Shown here piece by piece: positions 36,859-50,576 of a DNA stretch of 64,000 nucleotides. The stretch lies in the NCBI GenBank assembly GCA_965649765.1, contig OZ287751.1, forward strand, positions 85,994,001 to 86,058,000, read 5' to 3'. Every line of letters begins with the position of its first letter. The stretch's first letter is position 1. The notes below the pieces were generated by a model. The model did not search any database. It was not told the origin of the DNA and worked only from the letters and a program-made list of their open reading frames with translations. Source of the DNA: Bispira polyomma. Lineage: Eukaryota. The position numbers and the translations under genes were made by a program.

Positions 36859-37893
36859 ATTGTATTGTATTGTACATTTTTAACGCACCTTATTGATGCT
36901 AGGCATCTCCTGAGGTCAACATCAGAATCAATCAGCCAAGAAAAAAAATCAAAAAAACATAGCCAGGTCGTAAGGATGGATGCGTCAGTGCCAGGGAGAG
37001 GACTATGGCAGATAGGCTAGCCTAAAGATAGGTTTTAAGCTTTCTCCTAAATCCAGAAAGTGTTTCAAACAGTCTTAGCTCAACTGGAAGGCTGTTCCAT
37101 AACATAGGGTCAACGGCCGAGAAGACTCTAGATCCAGCATTTTTTTAGAGCAAACAGAAAGTCTTCTTTCCCTTTTAAGGCTGCTAAAGGAGAGTTTAGT
37201 AGCGAGGTAGTGAGACTGTGGAGAGACAACAAGTGGTTATGTGCATGTTAAACAGGATTCGATAGTGAAAAGTAAGCCAGTGGAGTTTCTTGAGGTATGG
37301 AGTGACATCAGTACGGATTCCCAAACGAATAATGACTAGTTTTGAATGGACTGCAACTTGTTTTTGTGGGACTTATTAGCTCCATACAGAAGAGAATTAC
37401 AGTAGTCAAGGCGGCTACTTACAAGAGTGTTGGCCACAGTGATAGCAGTATCTTGTGACAGATAATTTCTGATTCTTTTGAGGTCTTGAATATAATAGTA
37501 ACAGGAGCGGCGGATGTTGTTAATGTGAGGAAAAAATAAAAAAGCAGGGTTGATAGTGACACCTTGGTTTTTGACCTGGTCTGAAGGTTGAATCTCATTG
37601 CCCAGCAGTGTGATTAGGAAAAGTGATCTCAAGTATTCACTGTGTTTCTTATTTCCAATTAGGATGAATTCAGTTTTGTCAGGGTTTAGTTTCAGTTTGG
37701 AGTAGTTCATTCATACCTGAACTGAGCAGAGACTGTCGGCAAGTAAATCCAGGTTGTATCCGGGATTCTGAGTGTCAAGAGAGAGAGATAGATTTGAGTG
37801 TCAGCAGCATACATTTGATGTTTAACATTGTGATTATTGATGACTGCACTTAGAGGATGGGTGTAGAGGGTAAAACGTAGAGGGCCGAGAACT
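36859..37893 (-). mobile_element. L2 LINE 3' fragment (RT C-terminal half)
   Basis: VLGPL, MYAADTQI (YADD mutated), LKLNPDKTE, SRLDYCNSLL and a (TACAA)n tail. Confidence 0.9.
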
Positions 37894-38891
37894 AAACATA
37901 ATTATAGATGTAGGTGGTGTGTCTGGATATAAAGTTCTGTTTTTCCTTAAATTTGTAAATACTTTATATTTCTGAATGTTCTATATTTTTGTTCCTTTAT
38001 ATGTTCTGAACTGTACATTACTGTACGAAAAATAAATAAATAAATAAGGGCCAACCGGACTGGAAAGAAATCTTTAAAGATATTCTATTCGTTCTCATTA
38101 TACTGCTCCATTTAGTGTGTCTTTTGTTTTCAATACCAAATTTTTTGTTTTGAAACATGAATGCTTTTCAGAGTTTCAGAGATATTCACCAGATTATCTT
38201 CATTGTGGTCCTCAGACCGAGTTTCCTGTCCTCAACAATGCTTTAATTTTTACTGATGTATGTATGCATGGCGAGGGACAGAGTCGTTTATTATAGCAAA
38301 TCGTTGTAGATGTATAACAGCCCCTATAACAGAAAAACGATCATCTTTCTATTTAGTCTGTGGTTGTATACTGATTAATCAAATACCCACACACCATATA
38401 ATAACTTATGGCCAATCTAAAAGTACCTAAACTTTTTGCTGTATATTTCTCGTTAAAGAGAACATAATAAACTGCTGTGTCATATTTACAATGATTTGCT
38501 ATAGTAAACAACTCTATCCCTTACCATGCTTACCGTCAGTTAATCAAAGCATTGTCGATGACAGAAAAATCGGTCTAGGTAGGCCTTCAAAAGTTGACAT
38601 ACTCTTAACTTTTGCCAGTACCAGTAATAATGTTAACTGCAGCCCCATATATGTTTATATATGTAAACTAAATATGATACAGGAATCGTAGATCAAAATG
38701 AAGCTCATAGCTACTGACTACATAATAAATGGACATTTTAGCAACACAAACTGATGCAGTGATATATATGGCTCCATGTAGAATTCTATATGCTCCAGAA
38801 AAAGAAAACCTGTTGTCCCTTTTTAATAGGCATCAATCATAAATCATTACCTTCACCCAATCTATGTGATATGTGCAGTGTTGGAAGTTTG

Positions 38892-39144
38892 TTACTACCT
38901 CTACTAATTAAGGGGGTTATTATGTTTTGGTCATATTTATGTGTTGATCTGATATTTTATCATCACAGGATGTACACAAAAATTACTGAACTAATTTACA
39001 TAAATTTTGGTAGGGGTATGGGGAATGGACCAACCATCCATTTAACTTTAGAGCAGATCTGGGTAGAAAGGAATATTTAGGATATATTTTAGGGCTTTGT
39101 GGCACCTTAGCATAGGTATGCACTCTGCAGAGTGCCCTTGTAGT
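38892..39144 (+). mobile_element. Helentron-associated non-autonomous element (HINE/DINE-1-like)
   Basis: 5' tacctctactaa..gggggttattatg and 3' ttagcataggtatgcactctgcagagtgcccttgtagt (subterminal inverted repeat plus 3' hairpin). Confidence 0.65.
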
Positions 39145-39530
39145 AGTGGTCTGATCAAACAGTATGAGCTCTGACGCACATTATAAATAAACCAAACCAC
39201 TAAATTAATCGTATTTACAATTGGTCACTATATATAATGCTACAGTATACAGGTGTCCATTAAATCTGGGCACATATTGTAGACAAATCTTTGTTGTTAG
39301 TGAATTAACATAAACAGTAACCACGAATAACAGACTTTTCTATGATCTCCTTGGATTTAAGGCAGACTTTGCTTAGATTATCACTAATATGGGAACACTA
39401 TAAATTTATTTTGGTAGACTGCCAAGCCTTTTTTTAATGGAATGACTGAGTGTGGATTATAGTTCAGACATTCATGCCTACAATGTTAGTTCTAGGATAT
39501 ATTCGCCCTTCTTGCAGCAGCAAATACAGA

Positions 39531-40078
39531 ACTAATAACTAATTGTAATAGACATTTATAGGGCTTAATCTCTGAAAATAACCAGATTCTAAGGCGCATA
39601 AGCTTTAGACAATGACAATAGCTTATGTATCCGTTAGACAGGCAATAGGTCCAGCTCATGGATACGCCGGGAAACTGAGGTGGAAAGGCCTTCCTGAACA
39701 AATAGGGTTTAAGCTTTTGTCTAAAACAGGCTAGAGGGGGCGGAATTTCGTGAGACTTACTCCAAAGATTGATCATGTTTTGTTGGCCACATCTGTGATT
39801 TCAGATAAATTCGACGTTATCTCACCAAATCCACTGCAATCACTGTTGCCAATGCCTTGGTCAGCAGTAGGCTTGATTACTGCAACTCTCTGTTCCGTTC
39901 CCTATCTTATAGTGACCTCAAACGCCTTCAGAACGTTCAACACGCATTGGCTCGCATTGTGGCTAAAACCTCTAAATTTTCTTATATTACTCCTGTCCTC
40001 AAGTCACTCCCAATCAAATACCGTGTTGCTTTCAAAACTGGTGGCTCCCAATCAAATACCGTGTTGCTTTCAAAACTG
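39531..40078. mobile_element. L2 fragment with 5' inversion
   Basis: Minus-strand 3' end (PPLACFRQKLKPYLFRKAFPP plus stem-loop, 39531-~39755) fused to a plus-strand upstream RT piece (IRRYLT..SRLDYCNSL..PIKYRVAFK, ~39768-40078). Confidence 0.85.
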
Positions 40079-40085
40079 CAAAAAT

Positions 40086-40221
40086 GTAGTGCTGAAGCAC
40101 TGTAAGGCACTTACCTAAGGCAAGTACTTGACAAACTTTCCCACATAAAGAAACGGATGCAATTCGAACCCACATTGGTGAGTGGCCAGTGATTGTGAAG
40201 TAAGCACTTCCAGCCACCATG
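40086..40221 (-). mobile_element. SINE family A, partial
   Basis: ggcaagtacttgacaaac...ttcgaacccacattggtgag. Confidence 0.8.
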
Positions 40222-40669
40222 TCTTTAATGCGGACCTTTAATAAGTCATCGGAATAAATCTCGGTTATTGCATTCATGTGAGAAAGTTGATGAAACAATT
40301 ACTTTTTAAGGCCAGTGGTTTGAGGTTCAGACAATTGAACTGCTTGTTGGGATATAATATGCAGTCCAAACTAAACTAAACCTTGAAACCTTAGTCTATT
40401 ATTTGGAATAGGGGGACCAATGTAATCTAAAGTTTCAGTGGACATCCAAGCCATGATGTTTATGTCTATATACTGCATAAAACCCAGGTCATCTGAGGGG
40501 CGTAGTTCCCCTGGGCGGGGCTTCTGGAAATAAACTTGTGCTTAAACTCATACTCCTTGTACTTGGAAAAAATCAATACGTGGGACCATTCATTTTAATA
40601 GAGCCCCCGACACTGAATTCAGATATGAAGTCAGGTTTTAGATAATGTTGACTGTATTTACATTTTTTG

Positions 40670-40833
40670 GATGGACCCAGATTTTTTGTGCGCAATTTTT
40701 GAAAATGTGGCACTGATTACATAAAAAAAACGACTGTACCAGGTTACATAACCTATGTGTAGGAGGCATGGTGAATCGAAAAACCAATCGCACTTTGGCA
40801 TAGGTATGCGCTCTACAGAGTGCCATTCTAGTT
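40670..40833 (+). mobile_element. HINE-like 3' end
   Basis: ttggcataggtatgcgctctacagagtgccattctagtt matches the 3' end of 38892-39144. Confidence 0.6.
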
Positions 40834-42242
40834 AAGCAGGTTCTTATAGAAGAAACACTCAAGATATGGTGTTAACATACAATTCATCATATAAAGTGTT
40901 TTCTATTTTTTCACATTTCTGACCAATAGTTTATCTAACAGCATTTAAATCACATCTTCACTTCACGTAAAAAATTAAATAGGTTAATGATCTACTTGCA
41001 ACAGTTTTAATTGGTTTTCTCAAAACAAAACTGAAATCCAATAAATTTATTTCTTAGTATTACTGATTGAGAACTAGTGCTGTAAAACATATGCATGTGC
41101 TTTTGTATGGAAACCTAAAAAAAGTTTTCATTTTCTGTTCGAAAATAGTTCTTAGTATCTGTAACTAGATAACGAAACCACATGTTCTTCATTAGACATG
41201 AATATTTTTTAGAAAACAAATACAACAAAAACACTTAAACAGCCTTAAAAAGAATTACAAGTAATAAAAAGAAGAGTCAGTCACTAATTACTTCTCCCTT
41301 TTATTTATTTATTTATTATAGTGACATTGAATACATATAAATACAAATTGCCCAACCTCAATGGGCTTATTAATCTCTTGATTTTACAGTGGTTATGCAT
41401 TACGTCATTAGTTTTACACATTCCCTCGTGAGATTTGAAACTGCCCTCCTGGGGCAGATCCAAATTTAAATCTGGCCAAGGGGGATTTGAAATTGCCCTG
41501 ATTTTGAATCTCCTATTTGACATATGTATATTTTTAAGTATGACTTGAAAACCTTGTGTGTTTCAAAATATGTCATTGTCATGTGCACAAGTCTAAAACT
41601 CTTCTTGTTTATTATGCTTTGTCATGTTGTGTAGTACTACTTTGTCCTCTAACTGGTGATTGTTATTTCCTGGAAGATGCAAGTCATGGTGTCAATGTTT
41701 ACAGGGACTACATGTCTACACTCGTATAGTCACATTAACAAGAAACACATGCACACAGTGTAAGGAATATTAATCTGACACCCCTCAGTTTGAACAGGTC
41801 AATTGCGTCTTACCAATACATGAAGGCCTTGCTTATTTTTTCCAACATAGTGGCACTTTTTAACATGACCGGGCCCTTTTCAGAGTGAAAATAATATCAG
41901 GCCGTGCCTGATAAAAATAGGTCCGAGAGTTTTAAAGACTAAATATATGCCTCCAATTCGGTAGTGGATTAAAAAAAACTTGACTTATTTTCATTTATAC
42001 CTCTGTCTTTGAATGGATTAAATACAACTTGACATATTTTCATTTACAGCTCAGTCTTTGATATCGAATAATAAAGTTTTTAGAGCATTTATTATGAGAC
42101 TTAATGGTAACAAATCTAAATACCTTTGTAAGGTTTACTTCCTTGTGCTTTGGGACCTAAAACTTTAGCCCAAAGTCTTCTGTGAATCCCAAATCAGAAT
42201 AAAAAAGGCTAAAACCCAGAAGAACACTCGTAAAACAATCAT

Positions 42243-42485
42243 CTACTCGAAAACCCCGTAGACCGTATACCTCTGCTAAGGTGCCATATGGTGCCAAAAA
42301 GTAAAAATAATTTTTAGATCAGCACCTTCTATCTGGATCATCTGCTCTTGCCCTTTTACCTTATCTCGCCACCGAAATTTAAATAGTAGGTTATGTAGTT
42401 TTTGTGTAATCCTGGAGACAAACAAACTAATTGATATTCGTATTCATATTTATACTCATATTCAGTACATATTTATACCTTCCTC
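42243..42485 (-). mobile_element. HINE-like element
   Basis: gtatacctctgctaaggtgcc...gtagtttttgtgtaatcctg...acaaacaaac is the reverse complement of blocks in 38892-39144. Confidence 0.55.
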
Positions 42486-42504
42486 TGGTTTTTCAGAAGG
42501 CTAA

Positions 42505-42787
42505 TTAACTCTTTCCTGCGTCAGCTACTGCCTTTTCCCAAACTGAAGAGAGAGGCTTGAGGATGACCATTTATCAACGTCTTTAAGGATCTCTAGCCTA
42601 CCACTGGGGATAGGACCTAGTAACAAATGATTGCCATTTTAGTGGTCATCCGAGCCACTAGGCAAATGTGTTTACACCAAGGATGTTATCCCACAAATGA
42701 ATCAAGCAGCCGGTACTGGGAGAAGAACCCAGAACCTTCTGATCATTTGCCCCAACTCCCCAACCACTAGGCCACGGGAGACCACAA
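42505..42787 (-). mobile_element. tRNA-headed SINE family C
   Basis: Head tgtggtctcccgtggcctagtggtt...tgatcagaaggttctgggttc is shared with 45317-45410 and 63471-63535. Confidence 0.5.
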
Positions 42788-43561
42788 GATATGGGTAAAA
42801 AAGCTTGTTGGCAGAAGTAATAATACAGACCAACTAGAGCATACAGAGTGCTTAATGTTTTGATTGTCCTGTCTACAGCCATGACTTACAGTCTATATTA
42901 TGACTTATTACATTTATTATTTTACTAAAGTAAAACAGGAATTATCTCTCTATATTATTAGATGGACGATGACATATCCATTGCTCTGTGTAGGTAGATG
43001 AATCAACAGCAGATGACAGCAATATGTCGTCAGCATAAAGATATCAACTGATATCAAGCTACTAGTTTCAGTTTTATAAATTTAAACATGGTATATTTTC
43101 AGACAGGCAGACACAACTAGTAAAATCTTTAAAGGTATCTCTACTTATTTCAATTACTCATAGTTGTGATGAAACCAAATAATAAGGAAAAGTCCAAACT
43201 CTACTATTCTATATAAACAGGATTTTTACTAGTTGTAGCCTTTTCAAAACATATTTAGATAGAGCTGAAAACGGAGATGCAGCTCCTGAGTAAAGTAATC
43301 TTATTGATGAAAGCTCTGTATATAGACCAACTTATTAGTGTATCAGTTAAAAAGTTGTTGTGTCCTAGGTATTCCATATCTCGGCACATGCTTGCCATCA
43401 CTATCTACCAACTGGACATGACTTTCAACTAGATTATTGAGTTACTGTGTTAACCTGCATTGTTGATAATGTGTGTTGTTATAACTTTTAGCAAGTTATT
43501 TTTTATGTAGGTTATTAGGCTTTGCAAGCATTCCAGACCTCCCTTCCCCCACAGTGATAAG

Positions 43562-43720
43562 CCATATCACCACGGTCACGTTCAGTAGTGAAAGAAATAC
43601 GGACCTACAGCAAGTACCTGACAAACCTTCCCACATGAAGGAATCAACAGGATTCAAAGCCACATTGGCGAGACGCTAGTGATGGTGAAGCTGGTACTTC
43701 TAAGCACTAGGCCACCACAG
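43562..43720 (-). mobile_element. SINE family A
   Basis: gcaagtacctgacaaaccttcccacatgaagg...cactaggccacc. Confidence 0.8.
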
Positions 43721-44892
43721 GCACAGCAATGACGTGAGTGAACAAGGCTGAGGCTACAGTGAAAAAATACCATGATAACCTATACTGAATAAATAAGATG
43801 GTTATGCTGTGTATCTTCTCTCCACGTAGCCAGACAGTTGAATGTTTGTGCTTCTTTGTTTAAATGTTTTGCTACTTACGATGTTGACAATGTTATACTA
43901 AGTTCTCATTAGTAACATAAGCCTCTTGTTATGTCATGGTCATTTATAGCAGTACCAAAATCCAAAATGTATACCCTACTGCTGAAATAAAACAAGACCA
44001 TAAGACCATACTAGACTAGAATACATAGAGCTAAACTAGATATTACAGGTAAAAAAACACACTGAAATGTTATTGGTGACATTTTGGGGCAAAACTTGAT
44101 ATTTATCTCCATACCAAGGTCAAAAAGACATTTACTGAAAGGGGATAGGGTATTTTGGCAAATAGGGATGTGTCAGATTCTAAAGTGATTCCAAATAGAA
44201 GGGTGGATTCAGGATTTGATGTTCACAATTTGGTTCTGTGGTGCCTTGGTGAAAGTATACATTCTATGGAGTTTCCTTTCTAGTCAACATATGACTTTGA
44301 TGTCACAGTATATAAAATATACTACATACAAGGAAATCTCATCGGGGGTTCCTACATGTAAAATAACAAAAGTAAAACTTAATTAATTTAACTTTAGACA
44401 TAAACGAGAATGTAAAGTAGGGAGTAGCCAATGGTTATTTGACAACCTGTTACCTTTGGCCAGCCATTTGGAAAAATCAATACAACAAAACCATGGATGG
44501 CTGCTTTTGGTTTCATTTTCTGATCAGAAAAAACAACAAGAAGACAATTTTCCACATTTTGTCACGAACGTAGTAACTCATTATTAGGGAGTTTAATCTG
44601 ATACGCCCCAGTTTGGACAGGTTGCATGATTGCTTTCAACCAATTCCATAAAGGCCAACATGGCAGAAATTAATTCCAATGAACTTCTCATAAATTGTAA
44701 ATCAGTGAAATTTTCTTCCTGCTCAAATTTTTACTTATACAGCATTAATAATAAAATTAGTTTGGCTTTCCCTGTAAAGTCTATGTTTATAGTTACTTTG
44801 TACCAATATATAATCACCAAGCCTACAGAGAGGATTAAAACCCACACCTTTAAATTTGAAGTGCAACACTCTAACCAATAGAGATCACAAAC

Positions 44893-45145
44893 GCCGTATT
44901 TTATCAAAGGTTCTTACACAAACTTAAACTAATGCTTAGTCTCAACTGCCACATTTATATATTTATTTATTAATTTTAATAACACCTGGACAATGTTACC
45001 TATTCATTTTAATAGAGCTTTCAGTCAGAAATTCAGATATGTAGCCACATTGTATATATGTTTATTATACACAAAGAGACTGTAGTACAGATTTTGAGGT
45101 TAAGTACTTGAGTTTTAGGTTAAGAAATGTGTGGTAAAATATGGC
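44893..45145. mobile_element. Degenerate Harbinger-like MITE
   Basis: gccgtattttatcaaag...cttaca / taagaaatgtgtggtaaaatatggc. Confidence 0.5.
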
Positions 45146-45316
45146 TCCACTTTTCTACAGTAGATAGCTTTTCAATTTTATCTGCAGATAGTCCTCTTCC
45201 TTCATAGTTCAGTCTAAGTATTTAGACCCAGAAGCAGGATATGTAGGCATTAAATGAATATATTAGCTATTAAATTTCCATTCATTTGGACTTTAAATAA
45301 ATATAATCATATTTGT

Positions 45317-45410
45317 GTGGTCTCCCGTCTCCTAGTGGTTATAGGGAATTGGTTATGGAATTGGTCTGGTGATAACGAGGTCCCTGGATTTGATTCCAAT
45401 TATGGTAGGT
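45317..45410 (+). mobile_element. SINE family C head
   Basis: gtggtctcccgtctcctagtggtt...gaggtccctggatttgattcc. Confidence 0.45.
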
Positions 45411-46327
45411 CTCTGAGGTTTGACTCCCGTTCACACCGTAATGCTTACTAGGGGATACCAATCTTGTGAAAGATGTGAGCAGTCTCCAATTGCCCACTGC
45501 ACTGGTGACGACCTACTGTCTATGTATTAGGATTCTAAATCAAGCTTTAAGATCTTCTTCTCTAGAAGATACATGTCATCAATAAGGTGCAATCACATCC
45601 ACAATGATATACAACAACATACAATAAATATCAGAATACTTTTTTTGCAGGATAAACAAGTTATGCCACATAATATATACTATAACACTATAATCGTTTA
45701 CACTATTTTACATTTGATACTATTGAAACTTGAATAAAAGCTGATAGTTAATATAATTAAACAGTAAACAAGTAAACAGGTGATTTGCATGACAAATACG
45801 TGTCTGGTTGTGCTTTCTTATGCGACCCTGAGTTTTCAGTGTGAATGTGTATTTAAGAAGGGAATTAAACATCATAAAATAGAATAGGGAAGTTTAATTA
45901 TATAGTTATATTTAGATGAATATATGTAGGCGTTAACTTTCTTCTCTATATAATACATAATTGACAATGTTGTCACTTTTTATGGGAAGCTGAGAATTGT
46001 TTTCATAACTATTTACAGTGTTTAAACCATTGCTTAGTTACTTAGTTTATTCATTTAATAATTAACTTCTTGTTCATTACATTTTAACAGACATGTGTTA
46101 TTGTCAATCATTTATTACAAAAGGCAGTTTGTAACAAAGAGAAAATATCATTTAGTAATCCAAATCAGTGCCATCGTCTACTATTTAATACATTAAGTGG
46201 AAACAGTATCTTCTTACAACGTTATCTCATGTTTACACAATGTGTATTCTTAATCAATTGTACAGACAATTTACTGATTTTTAAATTATAGTTATACCCA
46301 GCTGTGCTTAATAAATTGAGGTGTATA

Positions 46328-46549
46328 TATTTAGTTGAATTTAGGTATTATGTTTCTTTCAACAACTTAGGTAATATTACAACGGCCAGATTTCAGGGTG
46401 GCAGACACCAGTGCTGAAGCACTGGTAAACCACCGACCTATGGTAAGTACTTGACAAAAGTTTCCCAAACGAAGGAACAAATAGGATTCAAACCCACATT
46501 GGTGGAAGGCCATTGATTGTGAAACTAAGGCATCTAACCACTAGGCCAC
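46328..46549 (-). mobile_element. SINE family A with 15-bp TSD
   Basis: AAATTGAGGTGTATA at 46313-46327 and 46550-46564 flanks a near-complete copy. Confidence 0.9.
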
Positions 46550-46932
46550 AAATTGAGGTGTATACAAGCATGCTTTAAATAAATCATATTAGCTGTACCT
46601 GTAACCGCTTTTTGTGATGTTTTGACAACTAACATTGACTACACAGAAAACCACTTCAGCCTGTTGATGTAGTATCATACACTATGTATACATAAGTAAC
46701 AAACTAAAAATATAACAAAAAACAACTACAAACAAGCGGAACATTTTTTAGTAAACAGGTTGTCTCCTCGAATATGTTTTAAAAAACTTTAACGATAACG
46801 AATGTGATACACGTGTTTACCAGTCACGTATATAAATCATGTTATTAACGGAGCAACATTAGTATTTGTGTAGCTAGACGCATATACAGATCATACATTT
46901 TCGACTGAGTAGCCAAGCTGTCTTTGGAATTC

Positions 46933-47211
46933 CCTCAGACGTTACTGTTTGACATCACACATGAGTTGACACAATCTACAAGAAAAAGTGACACGTACCT
47001 CCACAAACGCTCACTAATGAGCAAAGAAGACATAACAAGTACTAATGAATACCCGCTAATACCTCACCAATGCCTACTAATTGACACTAATACAAATCGA
47101 ACCAACACAACTTGCTACTGTTGAGAAAAGTTCCAAAATCATAAACTAATCAAGACGTATACCCCTGCGCCCCTTCTCTCCCACAGAACTCTCACAAATG
47201 AGCTTTCGTCC
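46933..47211 (+). repeat. Unclassified dispersed repeat (paralog of 9474-9713)
   Basis: Same shared blocks as 9474-9713. Confidence 0.7.
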
Positions 47212-48439
47212 ACAGTTTAAGAATTTGACACCAATCTGACAAAATTAAAATGATAGCATAACATCCAATATTGGTAAAAGCACTCAATTGATAGAAATTA
47301 TACATGAAAACCCGGTAATTTTTCTTTTAAATGATAACATAACATCCAAAAATTAGTGCTACACTTCATGACCATTGTTTCTTAACATCACACAAAAAAC
47401 AACAAGGTATGACAAACTCAGATACTTGGTGACCTTTGGTTACATGTTTTAACACATCACCTGAAAAAACTGTAAACAATTTAAAATGATAAGGTAACAC
47501 CCAATATTGGTGAGGTACCACAAGACCATTGTTGTTAATTTTTGCATCACACATACATCATAAGAAGAGGTATGTATTTTAAAAAGTATTTTCTAATCAG
47601 TATTCTTATGAGTATTTTGTAAGTGTTTTTATATAAGTTTTTGTTTATTCATGAAAACACTCAAGTTAAATCAGGTACAGTTTTTATACCACATAACCGA
47701 TGACAAAGGGTATCTTGAAGTTTGAAGAGGACTGGTCATTTTAGAGATATCTATATTTGGAGACAAACTAATAGAGCACTCTGGTATAACCTGTGGCAAG
47801 GGTATATGTTGAAGTTGGAGAGGGATTGTTCATCTTACAAGATTGTTGGAGCATGATTATAAACTGCAGATAGCAGAAGAGATACCCCATAGTCAGAGAC
47901 AAGACCAAATAAAGTGTGTGCAATTTGTCAGGTAAACTTCTAATGCCGGATATAATACAAGCCACCACATAATGTTTCATATCATGAAATATAACTTTAC
48001 CAGAAAAAAAGAGACATACAAAAGCCAGAGACAAGACCCAATCAACGGCAACATCTACAACTTGCTATTTGAACTGAGAAAGAGTTGAAATTACCAACAC
48101 ACCTTCCCCAAGTGTTGTAACCCAGTTAAGGGTTAATGTAAATTGACATTAACCTACAATCAAGAGCAACATCTACAGCTTTTTGCCACTTAAACTGAAA
48201 AGGGGTCATCCCCATATGTTGTAACACATTACACGGCTAGCGTTCGAGATTCCCGTCACTTTGCAACATCACGAGTTTTATTGTGACGTCCATGTTTAAT
48301 GGTGAATTGATATATTGGACTCTACTATTTGTACTGTTTAAGCAACAACATCCATTAGATTCAATCGTCATTTGATAGAGGTAAGAGGCAAATCACCAGG
48401 CCATTGTGATTCCCCCCTGCCAATATCTGAATCTTTAGG

Positions 48440-48900
48440 TCTGTTGGTTGGGGAGGTAAGTCGAGGTACTTTTAGAAAATAATCAAACATTTCAGGTTCA
48501 ATATCCTTCCCAACCACCGCGACCACCCTGTTGTCGCCCCCGAACCTATACACACATGCCCCGGACCTTAAAATCTGCAAGGTCAGGGACCAAATCGGCA
48601 TAGTGGAACTACCATTTTAGAGGTACTGGTGTAAAAGGTCTGCCAACTGACTGTCTTCCCCAAGAGATGTGTAAAGATCCAAGATATATGTCTGCCAAAG
48701 CCACCTCCATAGACGAGGTTAATACTGAAACTACTGCTTCACTATCACAATTTATTACAGTAATTACTGCCCTCCATATCCTAATGCCAACTAAAATATT
48801 CAACATTTGTAAGTTAGTAATATTGTAATTATTGTTCTAGCTGCTACCGAAGCCCCATTACCTGTCCTGTAATCAAACCCTTTATTCCAACTACTACACA
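48440..48900 (-). pseudogene. DIRS/Ngaro-type retrotransposon remnant (RNase H plus possible tyrosine recombinase end)
   Basis: NITNLQMLNILVGIRIW..INCDSEAVVSVL and, frameshifted, HI.GEDSQLADLL follow the DIRS RNase H pattern (LExxxI..W, CDNxAVV, HIxGxxNxxADxLS). Downstream LRSGA...YFLKVP weakly resembles a YR C-terminus. Confidence 0.6.
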
Positions 48901-48919
48901 GTAACTGATGCAGTTGACT

Positions 48920-49158
48920 GTTACAGTCAGGAAAGGGTTAATTAGCGCTCTTAATACCAGATGAAGGAAGATATAGGAATACGAATACAAACACAAAATT
49001 AAAGATATAACTGGTAACTCATAAGACGACTATTACAATCAGGAAAGGGTTAATTTACACTTTTAATACCAGATAAAGGAAGATATAGGAATATGAATAC
49101 GAACCCAAAAGATATAAGAAAAATAATAAGTTATAAAAGATATAACTCATAAGATGGC
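48920..49158 (+). repeat. Tandem duplication, ~113 bp x2
   Basis: tcaggaaagggttaatt...taataccagat.aaggaagatataggaata occurs twice. Confidence 0.85.
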
Positions 49159-49633
49159 TTCCCCGTCAATTAGTGATGTCCTACAACAAACATTTAACCT
49201 TGTATCTCAGTGTTTGTGTATTACAATTGTAATAATAAATTCCTATGTACACATACTCCCCTTTCTCCAGTTGAACTGCCATACACTAAATTAGTTGTCA
49301 AATAACTGTATAACAAATAGGTTTCATACTTTTCTATATGCTAAAGTCCTTATTCTGTTCTAAAATGGAGGAGGTAGTTAAAACATTTAACTGGGAAACA
49401 GGGAAAAGGAGGAAATATATTTACGTCATGTAAGAATATTTTATATAAAACGCACTTACTGTAATAAAGTCATCTGTCTATTGTTGTTCCATAAATAAGA
49501 AGTGTGTCACCAAAAATACCCTACAAACTACAATGAACCATGGATATAAGAAAGCTTTGGAAAATGTAATAAACTGGGCTATAAATACATGCTCATAAAT
49601 ACAGACTCAGGCGTTAATCAATGACACCTGTTA

Positions 49634-50265
49634 TGTCCTGGTCACACCTACACGTTCTAGAGCTACATTTGTGTCACGTTGTGTGAATTTGGGAAACGTT
49701 TTGAAATGTAGTAGGAAGTGAGGATCCCTTCTGTGATCGTTTCTTTACGTTTTGGGACGTTTTACAACAGATGATATCGTTCTGGAAACGTCTCCGTTTC
49801 GTCTTTTTGCTGTAGTGTTTCAAACTGTTTGAAACACTACAGAAACAGCTCCCATTTCTCCCCGTTTCCCTGTTCATCCCCGAACGTTTCCGAAAGTAGC
49901 ATAGATGTATCAGTAAGTAGCTATATGTAGTAGTAGGTAGCGAGGAAGTCCCAGTAAGTAGTGAGATCGTCTCCGTTAGCAAAAAAAGTTTTACTAAGTA
50001 GCGGAAGGCAGCAGAACGCAGCCGTAAGTAGCAGTACATTACTTTTATGTAGTAGTAGGTAATGATATCCTACCAGTAAAGGGTCCGTTTTCTGTTCCCT
50101 CTTCGTGTGTACAAGTACCAACATCATCACGAAACGTCACAAAACGTCACAATCGACTACCCCTTTATGGAAATGACGTCACTTTGATACAATACTACAA
50201 CATTTTCAGTGTATATTGCTTAGGTACGTTGGGGGACGTTAGCACGTGTAGGTGTGACCAGGCCA
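49634..50265. mobile_element. PIF/Harbinger MITE, 632 bp
   Basis: TIR TG(T/G)CCTGGTCACACCTACACGT. TTA TSD at 49631-49633 and 50266-50268. Confidence 0.9.
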
Positions 50266-50576
50266 TTAGTCTGCTGGGAATTATAGTACATGTAATGCAA
50301 GGATTTACAACAAGCAAGAAGAAATGCAGAATTCAAATCTAAAAACACCATTCATATTTGCAGGAATATTTTTCTGGGCTGCAAATACCAGACATAGACT
50401 GGCATAAGAAAGGTTTATTTTTGTGGATTATTCAAATTACCTAATTTAGATGATTTAGTAAATGTCAGTACTTTTTTATAACTGTTAAAAGCAAAGGTTA
50501 GAACCTCAGGTGACATTGACTTACATCTTAAAGTCTACATAAGATCATTAGATCAACTGAAATATACTTATAGTTG

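Noticed and set aside
49674-50130. ORFs of 121 and 69 aa
   Set aside because: They lie inside a low-complexity Harbinger MITE and have no domain features.
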